A stretch of 61,111 bases of DNA, the filler included, from Dirinaria sp. TL-2023a (taxonomy: Eukaryota): NCBI GenBank assembly GCA_051941275.1. It is 11 parts of 11 records of this genome, joined end to end, with 100 filler letters (N's around TTAATTAATTAA, not from the genome) between each part and the next. Parts side by side here need not be neighbours in the genome. Positions count along the whole stretch, not along the records: positions 50,115 to 55,565 come from JAVEBF010001654.1; positions 55,666 to 61,111 come from JAVEBF010001655.1; 9 more parts are not named here. The stretch is one strand, 5' to 3'. Both the position numbers and the translations under genes were made by a program. The notes under the pieces were generated by a model. The model did no database searches. It was not told where the DNA came from and was given only the letters and a program-made list of their open reading frames with translations. Shown piece after piece: positions 50,172 through 61,111 of this stretch (position 1 is its first letter; the number at the start of each line of letters is the position of its first letter).

Positions 50172-51131
50172 GCATGAGAAAGAAACTTGTTGTGTGTATC
50201 GGTGGGAATATTAATGAGATCCATGGGAACCTACCTTACTTAACTACCTTGAGGTAGATTTAGGTAAAGGATTTACATTATTAGGTTTTTATCATGCATA
50301 CAGTACATTACTCCCGGACTCCCGGAGGAGGAGGGGAAGTGGGAAAAAGAAGGAGGGAGGTTTTCTACGAGGGTTCGGGATACCTGTATATATATATATA
50401 TATATAGGTATGTAGATATTACTTTTTTTGTGATATGCTTTTGGGGAAGATTCCCGTTTTCATTACTTGGAATATGGGGTTGGAGAATTTTTTTTTTTTT
50501 TTTTTTGGAGACGTTGCTGCTTGTTTTAGGAATCGAATGTTGAAGGAGATATATAATTTTTGGTTTTTGGATTGTGCGGTGATATTTATGCGTGCGTGCG
50601 TGCGTGTGTGCGTGCGTGGATTTAAGGATAGGGGAGAACAATGGGGATGGAGATGAATACCTTAACCCACTCTGATCTATCTACCTCACGCTCACACTCA
50701 CGCTCTATTTTAGGTCAAGTAAAAAACAATATATATATTCTAAGATACAAACAAACGGGAGACTTTCTTCCGAAGGGAAGGGGATTTCTCATGATGACGT
50801 ATTTTCATTAATTTCTTTCCCCCTCACTTTTCCAGAAACTAGTTACGACTGGGCAGGGATCCAATTTAAATATATATATTTTGATTGCTGTTATTGACAA
50901 TCTAAGGTACATACATACATGCATGCTGATTGCTAGTTGCTTGTTTCTCGGTTTGGAATATTTACATTTTTTTCTTCACCGGAAATACAAGACGAGAGTC
51001 CATCGTTATCCAAAGTCTAGATCCCAAAAGTGTCGTATTTAAGAGGATATATGTCAGGTATTGAGGCCGTGAGTGGGCCGTCGGGAGCTCTTCTTTAATA
51101 CATGCCACGGCAACATGCGCTACTCATGCCT

Positions 51132-53243
51132 TCAGCCACCCTGCGCCTGATGGTCCTGGATCAAGTGATCCCAGAACGTCCAGTCTGCGGTATCGAGATT
51201 GAAATCGTTGCCGATATCGAAGCCCATGTCCCCGGAAAGGTTGCCGAAAAGTGTACTCGCGTCACTCGCAGGGGACGGACTGGTCGGTGAAAACTTGTCC
51301 GTTCTCGGGTCAAGAGTAGCTGCGCTGCTCCCCCGCCGTTCCGCACGGCTGTGAGGGTTCAATTTCCGTAAAGAGCGTAAGGTCGTGATGAAGGCCGGCT
51401 CGGGCGAATTGCCGCTCGGTGGGTTGGCGTTCCAGGCCTTCAGCGTGAGGCGCCCAACGGCTATTTGCAGCGCCCGCTCCGACTCCAGGAGCTCGCCGTG
51501 ATTGCTGTAGACTTGCTCCACCCTGCTCCAAGCGGCATCGGTTTCCGCAGGTGAGAGCAGGTCCGATCTCCGAAGGCTAGTTAGGATAAAAACCAATGAG
51601 TCCCACGAACCCCACGCGAAGAATGATCGCACATGCCACATATACTTCCTTAGGCTTGTGTGAGCGTAGGCTGCCGTATCTGTATCGATGATCTTCTGCG
51701 AAAGTCGTAACAATTCTCTTCTCTCCGCGTCAGGGACGGTCTGGTTCCTGACTCTTGGGAGCCGAGTCCGGAGACGCATGGCAGTGATTGCAGACCTGGC
51801 AAAGCCGATGGTCAGGAAATGTAGGGGATTGACGATATCGCAGTAGCGGATGTATTTCTCTTCGACTTCCCTTTCGGCCTCATTAATCAGCGGCTCGACT
51901 TCGTTGTAGTCTTTAAATTGCCCGGTTGCTGCGGCCTGGACCGACTTCCCAGTCCTGGCAAAGGTCCTCCCGACAGATGAGCGCGTCAGGCAGAAGATCA
52001 TCTCCGTTGCGCCCTTTTTCTCCTCCGGTCTCTCGGTCATTCCTGGCCAGATCTGGTCATCATTGAGGTTTAAAGGTGGCTCTGTGTCCCACGTGTCTAT
52101 CGGAACGGCTATGCCGGTACCTGACATTTGGCTAGCAATCCCGTCAAGTGGTAACAGTTGGTAAAATAGCCGTCGCCTCATTTGAACATCAAAGGGAGGC
52201 AGACCAAGTTTCTCTCCGTCCCGGTGGAGTCCAATGCGTTGCGCTATGCGGACTGCGACACCTGTCAAGATCCAGTAGGTGTGTGGGTCGTAGAAATATC
52301 GGCAAGGAATCAAGAAGAGGGCGAGAGCTTGCATGATCGACATCTCGGTAGTCTTGAGGAAAGACGCGTTGACAAGAGCTTGTCGAGTCGCGAATTGATA
52401 TTTTTGCATCAATGTAGCTCGCGACTGTCCAAGGTTCTTTTCGCATTCCTCTTCTGCCATAGAGAAGACTGCAAAGTGATATATGGCAAACAGCAAGCAC
52501 TCGTCGGCCTTCGATGCCAAGGAAGGCTGCTGAGAAGCCATCTCGACCGTCTTGAATGTCGACGGAATGTGCAGAATCTTGCAGATTGGTTCCACACGGT
52601 CAATATGCGTCTTCCACAGCATTATGGCTTCCGCATGGGTTGGATGATAATGGAGAAGGTCCTGTTGAGTACCCATGAACGCTCCTGTCAAAGGATCCGA
52701 TACGGAGCCCCCAGCCACCTCGGTAGCCACTTGATCCTCTTCTTCGTCATCGTACATATGCTGCATCTCATCGTCGCCCAGAGTCCGCCAGAGGTTGCTG
52801 TCTATGTATCTTGACTTACCGTGACCCGTCAATAGTTTGCCGGTTTTGGACGTTTCGGAGTCAGTGAAACGGAAAGGTATCAGTCCCTGCGGCGTCCCAT
52901 CGGTGGAGGGCGATGCATCAGCATCCTGCGGTAGCAAGCCATGTTGGTGCAGAATGCGCTCGTATCGAGCAAGCTTTTCGTTGACTTCGCCGCTCAGCTT
53001 CCTTTTCCGCCGTGGTGGCAAAGGCGCTTGATAGACGCACTCGAGCTTGCCTTTGCGGCAGCTGGAACATATCGGCGTTATTTTGTCGCATCTCACCTTC
53101 CGTTTCGCACAATTTTGGCAAGCACATGGCATTGTAGGTTGAAGTGAGTCTCCATTGATGCCTGAATCCGCTGATGAAGTATTGGCAGGCACTGAGGCGG
53201 TAGCTTCTGGCCTGCTATGTGTCTGGGCATCTGTAGAGGCCAT
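51132..53243 (-). CDS. Zn(II)2Cys6 transcription factor with fungal TF middle-homology region, intronless
   Basis: ACQNCAKRKVRCDKITPICSSCRKGKLECVY, VEPICKILHIPS, WILTGVAVRIAQRIGLHRDG...PPFDVQMRRRLFYQL, PPLNLND. First ATG (MASTDAQ) at 53243. Confidence 0.92.
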   Translation of the reverse strand: MASTDAQTHSRPEATASVPANTSSADSGINGDSLQPTMPCACQNCAKRKVRCDKITPICSSCRKGKLECVYQAPLPPRRKRKLSGEVNEKLARYERILHQHGLLPQDADASPSTDGTPQGLIPFRFTDSETSKTGKLLTGHGKSRYIDSNLWRTLGDDEMQHMYDDEEEDQVATEVAGGSVSDPLTGAFMGTQQDLLHYHPTHAEAIMLWKTHIDRVEPICKILHIPSTFKTVEMASQQPSLASKADECLLFAIYHFAVFSMAEEECEKNLGQSRATLMQKYQFATRQALVNASFLKTTEMSIMQALALFLIPCRYFYDPHTYWILTGVAVRIAQRIGLHRDGEKLGLPPFDVQMRRRLFYQLLPLDGIASQMSGTGIAVPIDTWDTEPPLNLNDDQIWPGMTERPEEKKGATEMIFCLTRSSVGRTFARTGKSVQAAATGQFKDYNEVEPLINEAEREVEEKYIRYCDIVNPLHFLTIGFARSAITAMRLRTRLPRVRNQTVPDAERRELLRLSQKIIDTDTAAYAHTSLRKYMWHVRSFFAWGSWDSLVFILTSLRRSDLLSPAETDAAWSRVEQVYSNHGELLESERALQIAVGRLTLKAWNANPPSGNSPEPAFITTLRSLRKLNPHSRAERRGSSAATLDPRTDKFSPTSPSPASDASTLFGNLSGDMGFDIGNDFNLDTADWTFWDHLIQDHQAQGG

Positions 53244-54033
53244 TTGTCCTTTCTGATGCCAATTCAGAGCGCCTGTTATCACTTCGGGCGTTATGTTCTC
53301 CAGAGAGTTGGTGGATTATTGTGCGGAGGGTGCCTAAGGTAGTTTCAGTCCGAAGTTGGCCATACTAGATTAGTCGCTAAGGAACCTTAACCCCATGGCA
53401 ACCCTTTCGTTTCCATTGAAGTACTTTTGAAGCCGTTTGAAACGCCGATATGTAAACGACATGAAGTTTCCCAATCACCAAGAAAGACCGGCTATTTTTC
53501 ACGCCTGGATAACCTCTTGGGTATGCTATCGTCAAGTCCGCTCTTGGCTTTTGCCGCATCTTCGCCGTTAATATCGATCTGTGCAATATTTTGCCTGTCG
53601 ACCTCAACAGATATATGTCTAACGGTGGTATTCTGATCAGTGTAGAGGATGCATGATGCAGGTCGTACAGGTAGTACCAAGGGAGGTATGTAAGCATGTA
53701 CTAAGGTACATTTAATATGTGAGGTACTTTGATGCTCCGGTGTTTGGTGCTTAGCCGATAACCCTGTAAAAACCCTGAGCTTTTCGATTAAACTTAACCC
53801 CTTGGACTGCCAAGATCCGATTATCGGCCCAAATACTCGAATTATGTCTATCCGGGGTTTATGTACATATTGTACATACGGTACTTGGAAGGCCTGCAAC
53901 ATCATGCACACCGCTTATTATCGGCTACAAACCTCCCAATTAATTTCAGCAGACAATATAAAACCCATACGATCCCCAATTGACTCATACTTCCCTTCTT
54001 CATGCGACTTCGCCTCCTCAATAATCCACCATC

Positions 54034-55290
54034 ATGACCCACCAGCTTTTTAGACCTGTGCGGTCTTGTCTAAACTCTCCCCGGTTCCATCAGCAGCTCC
54101 TACCCCGTTCACGATGGCGTTGCCAGTACCAGCAGCGCGCGTACAGCATCCAATCCTCCGAAGATGCCATCGCCCAGCTCCCCGCCATCGACCCTTCCGC
54201 CCTAACAGTCACCAAAACCACCACGCCGAAAACCCTCCTCCCGCCTGAAGAGCTCGTCTTCGGCCGCACCTTCACCGATCATATGCTCTCCATAGAGTGG
54301 ACCGCCTCCGCGGGCTGGCTGCGGCCGCGGATAACGCCCTACCAGAACCTCTCCCTCGATCCCGCGACCTGTGTCTTCCACTACGCCTTCGAGTGTTTCG
54401 AAGGCTTGAAAGCGTACAAGAATTCCCTCGGCTCTGTCTCACTGTTCCGCCCTGATAAGAATGTCGCGCGGCTCAATAACTCCGCGGCGAGGATCGCGTT
54501 GCCGACTGTGCAGCCGGAGCCACTGATCGAGTTGATCAAACAGTTTGCAGGGATGGAGGAGCGCTTCATACCCGCCGTGAGAGGCTTCTCGCTGTACCTG
54601 CGGCCGACCCTGATCGGCACGCAGAGAACATTAGGCGTCGGTCCTCCGGGGAGCGCGCTGCTGTATGTCATCGCGTGTCCCGTAGGACCGTACTACCCCA
54701 CCGGGTTCAAGGCAGTGTCGCTCGAAGCGACTTCCTACGCCGTGCGCGCATGGCCGGGCGGAGTCGGGGACAAGAAACTCGGTGCGAATTACGCGCCTTG
54801 CATCGTTCCTCAACTGCAAGCCGCGAAAAAGGGGTTCCACCAGAACCTGTGGCTGTTCGGGGAGGAGGAGTACGTGAGGGAGGTGGGGACGATGAACTTT
54901 TTCGTCGCGGTCCGAGACAAGGGAACGGGTCGGAAACAGCTCTGGACCGCGGCTCTGGACGGGACGATCCTGGACGGTGTAACGCGGGACTCGGTCATCG
55001 ATCTGGCGCGGGAAAGGCTGGTTCCTGAAGGGTGGGACGTCCTGGAGAGAGATTACACGATGAACGATTTGGCAGAGGCGGCGGATGAGGGAAGGCTGTT
55101 GGAAGCGTTCGGGACCGGCACGGCGGCGGTCGTGAGTCCCGTCCGGAGAATCGGATGGCGAGGCCGCAGCGTGGAGTGTGGGCTGAAGGAAGGGCAAGAG
55201 GCGGGCGAGATATCGACGCGCATGAAAGGATGGATAGAAGGCATTCAGTACGGCGACGAAGAGCATCCGTGGAGTGTTCAAGTCAAATAA
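54034..55290 (+). CDS. BAT1: Branched-chain amino acid aminotransferase, probably mitochondrial, intronless
   Basis: Arg-rich presequence-like N-terminus, LVFGRTFTDHM, FHYAFECFEGLKAY, SLYLRPT, GDKKLGANYAP (PLP lysine), EVGTMN, ILDGVTR, FGTGTAAVVSP. Confidence 0.93.
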   Translation: MTHQLFRPVRSCLNSPRFHQQLLPRSRWRCQYQQRAYSIQSSEDAIAQLPAIDPSALTVTKTTTPKTLLPPEELVFGRTFTDHMLSIEWTASAGWLRPRITPYQNLSLDPATCVFHYAFECFEGLKAYKNSLGSVSLFRPDKNVARLNNSAARIALPTVQPEPLIELIKQFAGMEERFIPAVRGFSLYLRPTLIGTQRTLGVGPPGSALLYVIACPVGPYYPTGFKAVSLEATSYAVRAWPGGVGDKKLGANYAPCIVPQLQAAKKGFHQNLWLFGEEEYVREVGTMNFFVAVRDKGTGRKQLWTAALDGTILDGVTRDSVIDLARERLVPEGWDVLERDYTMNDLAEAADEGRLLEAFGTGTAAVVSPVRRIGWRGRSVECGLKEGQEAGEISTRMKGWIEGIQYGDEEHPWSVQVK

Positions 55291-55565
55291 TAAGGGATTG
55301 TTGCAGAGATTTGTAAAGTACGTTATTCTATATTTCCGGCAAGCTTGCAAGAGCGAGCGCTGAATTTCTTGGTAATATCGCCACGGAAAATTCACTAATC
55401 TCCCACCAACTCCTCCCCGCCTTTAAACCCCAATTCACAAAGGAAATAAACAAAAAATCTTTCGCAGCAGTTAGTGCCAGCCAGCTTATTCCTAGAATCC
55501 AAAACCCCCAAAAAACAACAAAAGGCAAAAATCTGATACAGTATTATACTTGATGTTTGCAGGAG

Positions 55566-55665
55566 NNNNNNNNNNNNNNNNNNNNNNNNNNNNNNNNNNN
55601 NNNNNNNNNTTAATTAATTAANNNNNNNNNNNNNNNNNNNNNNNNNNNNNNNNNNNNNNNNNNNN
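55566..55665. other. Artificial contig linker
   Basis: N44-TTAATTAATTAA-N44. Confidence 0.98.
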
Positions 55666-58600
55666 CATATACAGATAAGATGATGGAGCATGGATAGAGA
55701 TATAGAGTTGGAAATGTGAATTGAGATTATGATGAAAAAAGAAAAAAAGAAAAAAAAAAAAAAAAACAAGCAGGGAGAAAGGATGAGATAGAGGTCTGCA
55801 CGCCACGGAAACCCCCCTCCTTCCCCTCAACGAGTGTCTCACATAAGATTCGATTTTTTCCGTATCGTACATTGTTGAAGAAAAAGTTTTTCGTTAATTG
55901 AATAACGTATTTGTAAAGTTGCGCATCTATAGAGCATTATATTATGGAAGATAACTATAGAATGAAGAATGAGTCTTGAACCCCATCAAAATAACAACGA
56001 TCTGCGATCTTTCCGAGTTAGAAGGGGCGCGATATGATGAAAATGTTTCCGTGGATAAAAATCCTGGGGTGCATGTGATAATTTATCATGTCTCAAAATC
56101 GTCAGTAAAGGTTTTTTTCTTTCTCTTTTTCCACTGTCACTGAATATTACCAAAAGGGGGGGAGTTCAATTACTCACGCTTCCGTTCCCTGGACTTTTGA
56201 CCCTTCCTCTTTGATCACAGTGGATATTAATCCCTTCTTAGGAGTTTCTAATTCTGTCAATCGTGTTTGTCGAATACTTAGTAGATCTCAAATGACTGCG
56301 TTTTCAGCAATGATTTCAGGCCTCCACAACGCGACGAAAAAGGAATTTTTAGATGTTGTTCTGTGGAACGACTGTATTTCAGATTGTGCGCATTTGAGCT
56401 GATTTTACATAGAATGACGTCCAGTGCGATCTTTCAGCAGATAATTATTACTCACGCAGTCGTTCAGGAGACGGAATATACCGATCTGGGATTGGACTCT
56501 TGAAAAGGCGAATGCAAGGGGCCGCCATTGGTGAAACCAGGATTCGCTCTGTCACAACTTTTTTGACGTTGTGCAATTGGATATCTGCAAGTACGTTAAT
56601 ACTGATATCGAGACTTACCGGGTATCACTGGGTGCTGTCACATCGGGATCATAATGAAGAATCAATCGTGCGAGTCTGCAACAAGATTTTTCTCTGCTTT
56701 CGTGACGAGTCCATTGAAGCACTGCTTCTGCTTATAGTTGGCGACCATGTTTTCGACTGTCAATAATTAAGAACTGAGAGTCTTCGCTTGGCGTTTTAGT
56801 AATCTCGACGACGCGATGCTGATTACAATGACCTTGAAGGTCGCTTCTGTAATGCAAGTCAGAGCGAAATGATCTTTCTGGCTTCATCACGGCCGAAGGT
56901 GTACCCGAGATGATTCTTGAAAAGTCTCGAATATCGCAGGAGCATTAAAGATTATGTTTGCTAAGTCGTGGCCATGCATGGACTCGCTTTGTGCAAGAAG
57001 GAATTTTGGGCGTAAGAAAAGAGCGCAAAGAAACAGAGAGGTAGAATCATATTTAGAAGTGTTATATTATCGTAACATCAGTAAAAGATCTCATCAATAC
57101 CTCACGAGAAGATTGGAACTGGATAGTAGAAGAGCTTGTCTTTGATATTCCTCGCTCGGGGGATCTCAAATTTGTGTGTTTTGAGGCGGCATCTTCAGAA
57201 GATGATGGTATCTTTCTATCCAAAGCCATCTAATTTCTATTTTCTACTACACGAAAAGATAAAATTAAATGCTTCGAAGCTGTATCGACGAAAAGAGTTA
57301 AGATATTGTATTTCGAAGTCGAACAGATAGATAGCTTCAACGATAGTGTTGGCCATCGCATGAAGACGGAGAACTAAGCCATTCTATTCGCTGACAAGTA
57401 GCAAATATAACTCACATATGGGACGTCGCTTTAGCCAGTGCGACGTTTATGACTGCTCTCATGCTTAGCAAAATCCGTTTTCACCAATGACAAGAAATGA
57501 TGGAGTACCTCAGGAATGGCTATTGGAGATAGCATGAATGTCAATGCTGGTGGCTCTAAACCAATGGACTCACCACAGAGATCATAGTACGATGAAAACA
57601 TGATACGGAGATTCTTCTTTGCCAGATCGTCATCCTACCTGTGCTCAGGGTGCAATACGAATCTTCAAGGCACTGCGAATGCTGTTCATTTAATAACCGT
57701 CAAGCATGTTATTTCGAGAAGTAAAGTCCTATTTCTTCCTGTAGTTGATCACGCCAACACTCGCAAGAGAAAAGTATGGTGTGAGCTTACAGTAGGTCTT
57801 GGTTACTTCTGCGTACATTGAACGTCACCGCAAGCAAAGTTACTGGGATCCCCTAACGAGGTTTTTATGTCCTGTAGGCTGCTCCACAGAGGGAATTTCA
57901 ATTGATATATTGGCTGGGTGATACCGCGTTAACTGGTAGGAGATCGAAGATTAGCCATCGATGTGCCCATGGAATATCAAGCGAACCGAAGAACAGGTAA
58001 ACGCATCAAAGGCCGGGTTGATCGATACTCCACAGGACAGTGCTACTGTTTAAGCCTGTTTTGACGAGCTGCTTAGCCGACTGCTGCTGTAAGCACGGTT
58101 ATCGCGCTCCTCATCCCTAGAGTATCCTGCCACGCGAGCTCAAGCCTATCGGCTCCAGCAATAACAAGTAAAAGTTCCGACTCAATGCTCTACGGACTGA
58201 TGGCAATCGAAACCGCTTCGAAAACTCATTCGAAAATCGATTCAGACGTTGGCAAGCGTTCATCTTGTCTTGTGTTCGTCAGACCTCTAATACTCTGCAG
58301 ATCGCGTATCATCATAAATGGCTTCTAAATTCTTTTCGGAAGCAGCCAAGGTAACAAAGATCAGTGTCCTAAGTCAATGCGGCGTAGATTATATTAAGTG
58401 CGAAATGGTTGAGCCCAGGAGAGAAGTAAAGAGATCAAAAGACAGAAAATGCGGATACTTTAGCACCGCATGCATCCATGTGCTGCAGCGGCGAGGCAAA
58501 TCATAGGCGTAATCAGCTCGAGAGGAGGAACATATCCTGGATAGCTTCTGACGAGGCTTGTGAATCGACTGAGAAATTAGTGATCCGCTACGTGTAAAGC

Positions 58601-59804
58601 CAAATTTGCGAATGTATACTGGGACAGTGTTTCGGCTGTCTTCGCTTCTGACACGTCAAATTGTAGAAACGAATATCCTTGTTGCAGCTCATCCTAGAGA
58701 CGATTCCGTAGTAGAATTCAATTCGTATCCCGTCGAAATACTGAGTAAAGCCTATACAGAGCACCTTGAACGGTGATGCGGTATTGTAGGCAGGAATCCT
58801 AACTAGCCACAAAGGGCTGGGCAGACTCATGGATGAGTTGATCATCAACTTAGATAGTGGGTAAGGTTGGTCGACCTTCCATCTTGGCATAGTGAAAAAA
58901 TTGCGTGGTCAAACATCACGTTGCTTAGAGACGTTGATATTGAGAAGATACACCTACCTTTACTGAGAAGAAGTACGCATACGTCAGAGGTAGAATCATA
59001 GAGATGCTATGGCGATGGGGAATAGAAGGAGTCGGCAAAAAATTTCCTTCCATACGCTGGCAAGAACAAGCGCTCCTTGTCTGGCTGATCGGTGTTTTGA
59101 TTCATGATCGTGATCGCTCTTCCGATGCTCTTGCAGTACGTAATACAGCTTTGACTACGTGCCGAATTGACGATAGTCTTTCTTTGGTGGATTAGTTTAA
59201 ATTCTGGTCTTTGAAAGGTTTCGGTCATGAGATGCGAATGTGCTAGAAATCCCAGAGCAAGGGATAGTAAAACAAATAGGAATCCCCAAGGACTGATGTA
59301 ATATTGTATCATCCAGGCTTGATTTCTGTTCCGATTGGCCGGCAAGCGAGCAGTAAGCCTCGGGAGGAGGTGGGAGGAGCAGATGGTGGAATGATCTGGT
59401 AACGAAGAGGGAAGAGGATGGAGGTGGATGCCATTCGGAGACTCGAGACGTGAAATACTCAGGACATTCACAAGTACGAGTACAAGACGCTTCGATAGGA
59501 ATGCCACTTACCAAGGCGAACTACGCCTGTTTCAGATTACTACCACCACCACCACCACCTAGCAGGTATCATATCTACTTTAGCCAGGCTAGAGCGAAGA
59601 ATTGATTGGGCAGTCCAGACGTATTGAATTTCTACTTATCACCACTAGAACATCACCTTCATGGATTCGTCCACGGTCTCTACGATTACAAATCCGCTAT
59701 TACAACCCATCAACCTCGATGCTATGGTTTAGATTTTTTGATCAGATCCTATCAGCGCTATTAGAGATCTACTCCGAATATACCGCCCAAGCAAAGCATT
59801 CGCA

Positions 59805-61111
59805 ATGCCTCTCACAGTCCTTTCAGATGCAGATGTCCGCTCTTTACTCCTGTCCCTGAACCGGGAGGAGATAATCGAGCTGCAAGAAAGCCTAGGGGAA
59901 GCCCTTCACGAATACTCCACCGGCACGCAAGAAACAACAGGATGCTGCAGCGCGAACCAGCCTCAGAGAATCGCCATCCCCGCTCCCAACGATAGAACGA
60001 CCCTCTTCATGCCCGCCAGCACCAGCACAAGCCGGGGCATGAAAATCGTTTCTCTGAACGTAGCGCCCACACCTCCCTCCGACCCAGCAGCATCTACCAC
60101 TTCACCCGCCTCTGCTCGGGGTTCCGTAGCTTCCTACACACCTTCCATCGCATCCACCGCATCTTCGGGCTCTGCACTCTCGCGAAACTCGACCGTGAGC
60201 TCGCATTCATCCCAGCAAACCCCCATCACACCCTCAAGCCCCTCCGTCTCCTTCAGCAACCTCTCCCTGAAACCCACCGAATCCTCCATCCCCTCCACAG
60301 AATCCACCAGGCCTATCGGCTCCCTAACCCTGCTCACCCCATCGGGAACGCCGTACGCGCTGCTCTCGGCCGAAGAGTTGACCGCCTTCCGCACCGCGCT
60401 AGCCAGCACACTCATCTTCACCAAACGCACGCACGTGCACTCCATCACGGTCTTCGGGGCCGGGAAGCAAGCGTACTGGCACATCCGGCTCGCGTTGCTG
60501 CTCAAGGGTACCTCGATCCACCACATCGACATCGTCAACCGATCCTTCAGCCGGGCGAAGGACCTGATGAAAGAAATCCACACCTGCGAAAGCTGGAACA
60601 CTCTGCGGCACGACAAGCTCAAGATCAGCATCCTGAGCGCCGAATACGGCGAATACAGCCGGCTGCTGAAGGACCACGTGCGCAAAGCGGATGTACTGTT
60701 CCTGTGCACCCCGTCCACGAGCCCGCTCTTCCCCGCCGAACTCCTCACCTCGAGCGAGGGCCGCAAAAAGGGCCGCTACATCTCCGCCATCGGCTCCTAT
60801 CGCCCGCACATGGCTGAGCTGCATCCCGATATCCTCCGCCAGGCTGTCGCGCCCGAGCATAAACACCATCATCACCGGCACGCGCACCGCGAAGGCGTGA
60901 TCATCGTGGATAGCCTAGAGGCGTGCATGAAGGAGGCTGGAGAAGTGAAGCAAGCGGGTTTGGGACCCGAACAGCTCGTCGAAGTCGGCGAGTTGATCAT
61001 GGTCAAGAAGGCGGTGATGAAGGAGGTCGAGATGGGCGGCGAGGGGGAGAAGGGTCTGCGCAGGTGGTTGGAGAGCGGGAATGTGGTGTATAAGAGCGTG
61101 GGGCTGGGGTT
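59805..61111 (+). CDS. Ornithine cyclodeaminase/mu-crystallin family protein (PrnX-like), 3' truncated; absent from ORF track because it has no stop in the window
   Basis: MPLTVLSDADVRSLL, TTLFMPA...GMKIV, AEELTAFRTALAS, Rossmann TVFGAGKQAYWHIRL, LFLCTPSTSPLF, ISAIGSYRPHMAEL, VYKSVGLG. Open from 59805 to the window end. Confidence 0.9.
   Translation, partial: MPLTVLSDADVRSLLLSLNREEIIELQESLGEALHEYSTGTQETTGCCSANQPQRIAIPAPNDRTTLFMPASTSTSRGMKIVSLNVAPTPPSDPAASTTSPASARGSVASYTPSIASTASSGSALSRNSTVSSHSSQQTPITPSSPSVSFSNLSLKPTESSIPSTESTRPIGSLTLLTPSGTPYALLSAEELTAFRTALASTLIFTKRTHVHSITVFGAGKQAYWHIRLALLLKGTSIHHIDIVNRSFSRAKDLMKEIHTCESWNTLRHDKLKISILSAEYGEYSRLLKDHVRKADVLFLCTPSTSPLFPAELLTSSEGRKKGRYISAIGSYRPHMAELHPDILRQAVAPEHKHHHHRHAHREGVIIVDSLEACMKEAGEVKQAGLGPEQLVEVGELIMVKKAVMKEVEMGGEGEKGLRRWLESGNVVYKSVGLG

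Noticed and set aside
51132..55290. Zn2Cys6 factor plus BAT1 as a biosynthetic cluster
   Set aside because: Only a divergent two-gene pair on a short contig; no backbone or tailoring enzymes.

Overview
Eukaryotic DNA from a filamentous ascomycete (Pezizomycotina). The evidence is short GT/GC-AG introns with CTRAY branch sites and typical fungal gene families. A lichen-forming lineage is possible but is only an inference. The window is not one locus. It is 11 contigs of 5493, 5477, 5474, 5473, 5471, 5465, 5457, 5452, 5452, 5451 and 5446 bp, sorted by length and joined by identical 100-bp N44-TTAATTAATTAA-N44 linkers, so adjacency across linkers means nothing. Recognisable genes: calmodulin (3' part), annexin, Wss1 protease, DUF1776 protein, mitofissin Atg44 (micro-exon gene missed by the ORF track), pyruvate kinase, homoisocitrate dehydrogenase, Aro8-like aminotransferase, LCCL membrane protein, secreted NlpC/P60 peptidase, NAD kinase, an intact Zn2Cys6 factor, branched-chain aminotransferase and a PrnX-like ornithine cyclodeaminase/mu-crystallin. 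There are also a disrupted ankyrin/NLR-like gene, a disrupted Zn2Cys6 gene and transposon relics. The most unusual item is an intact, intronless, strongly diverged TATA-binding protein gene (12658-13290, minus) between calmodulin and annexin. It looks like a second, TBP-related factor in a fungus. No rRNA, tRNA or CRISPR array was seen. All family calls come from motif recognition by eye; no database search was run.
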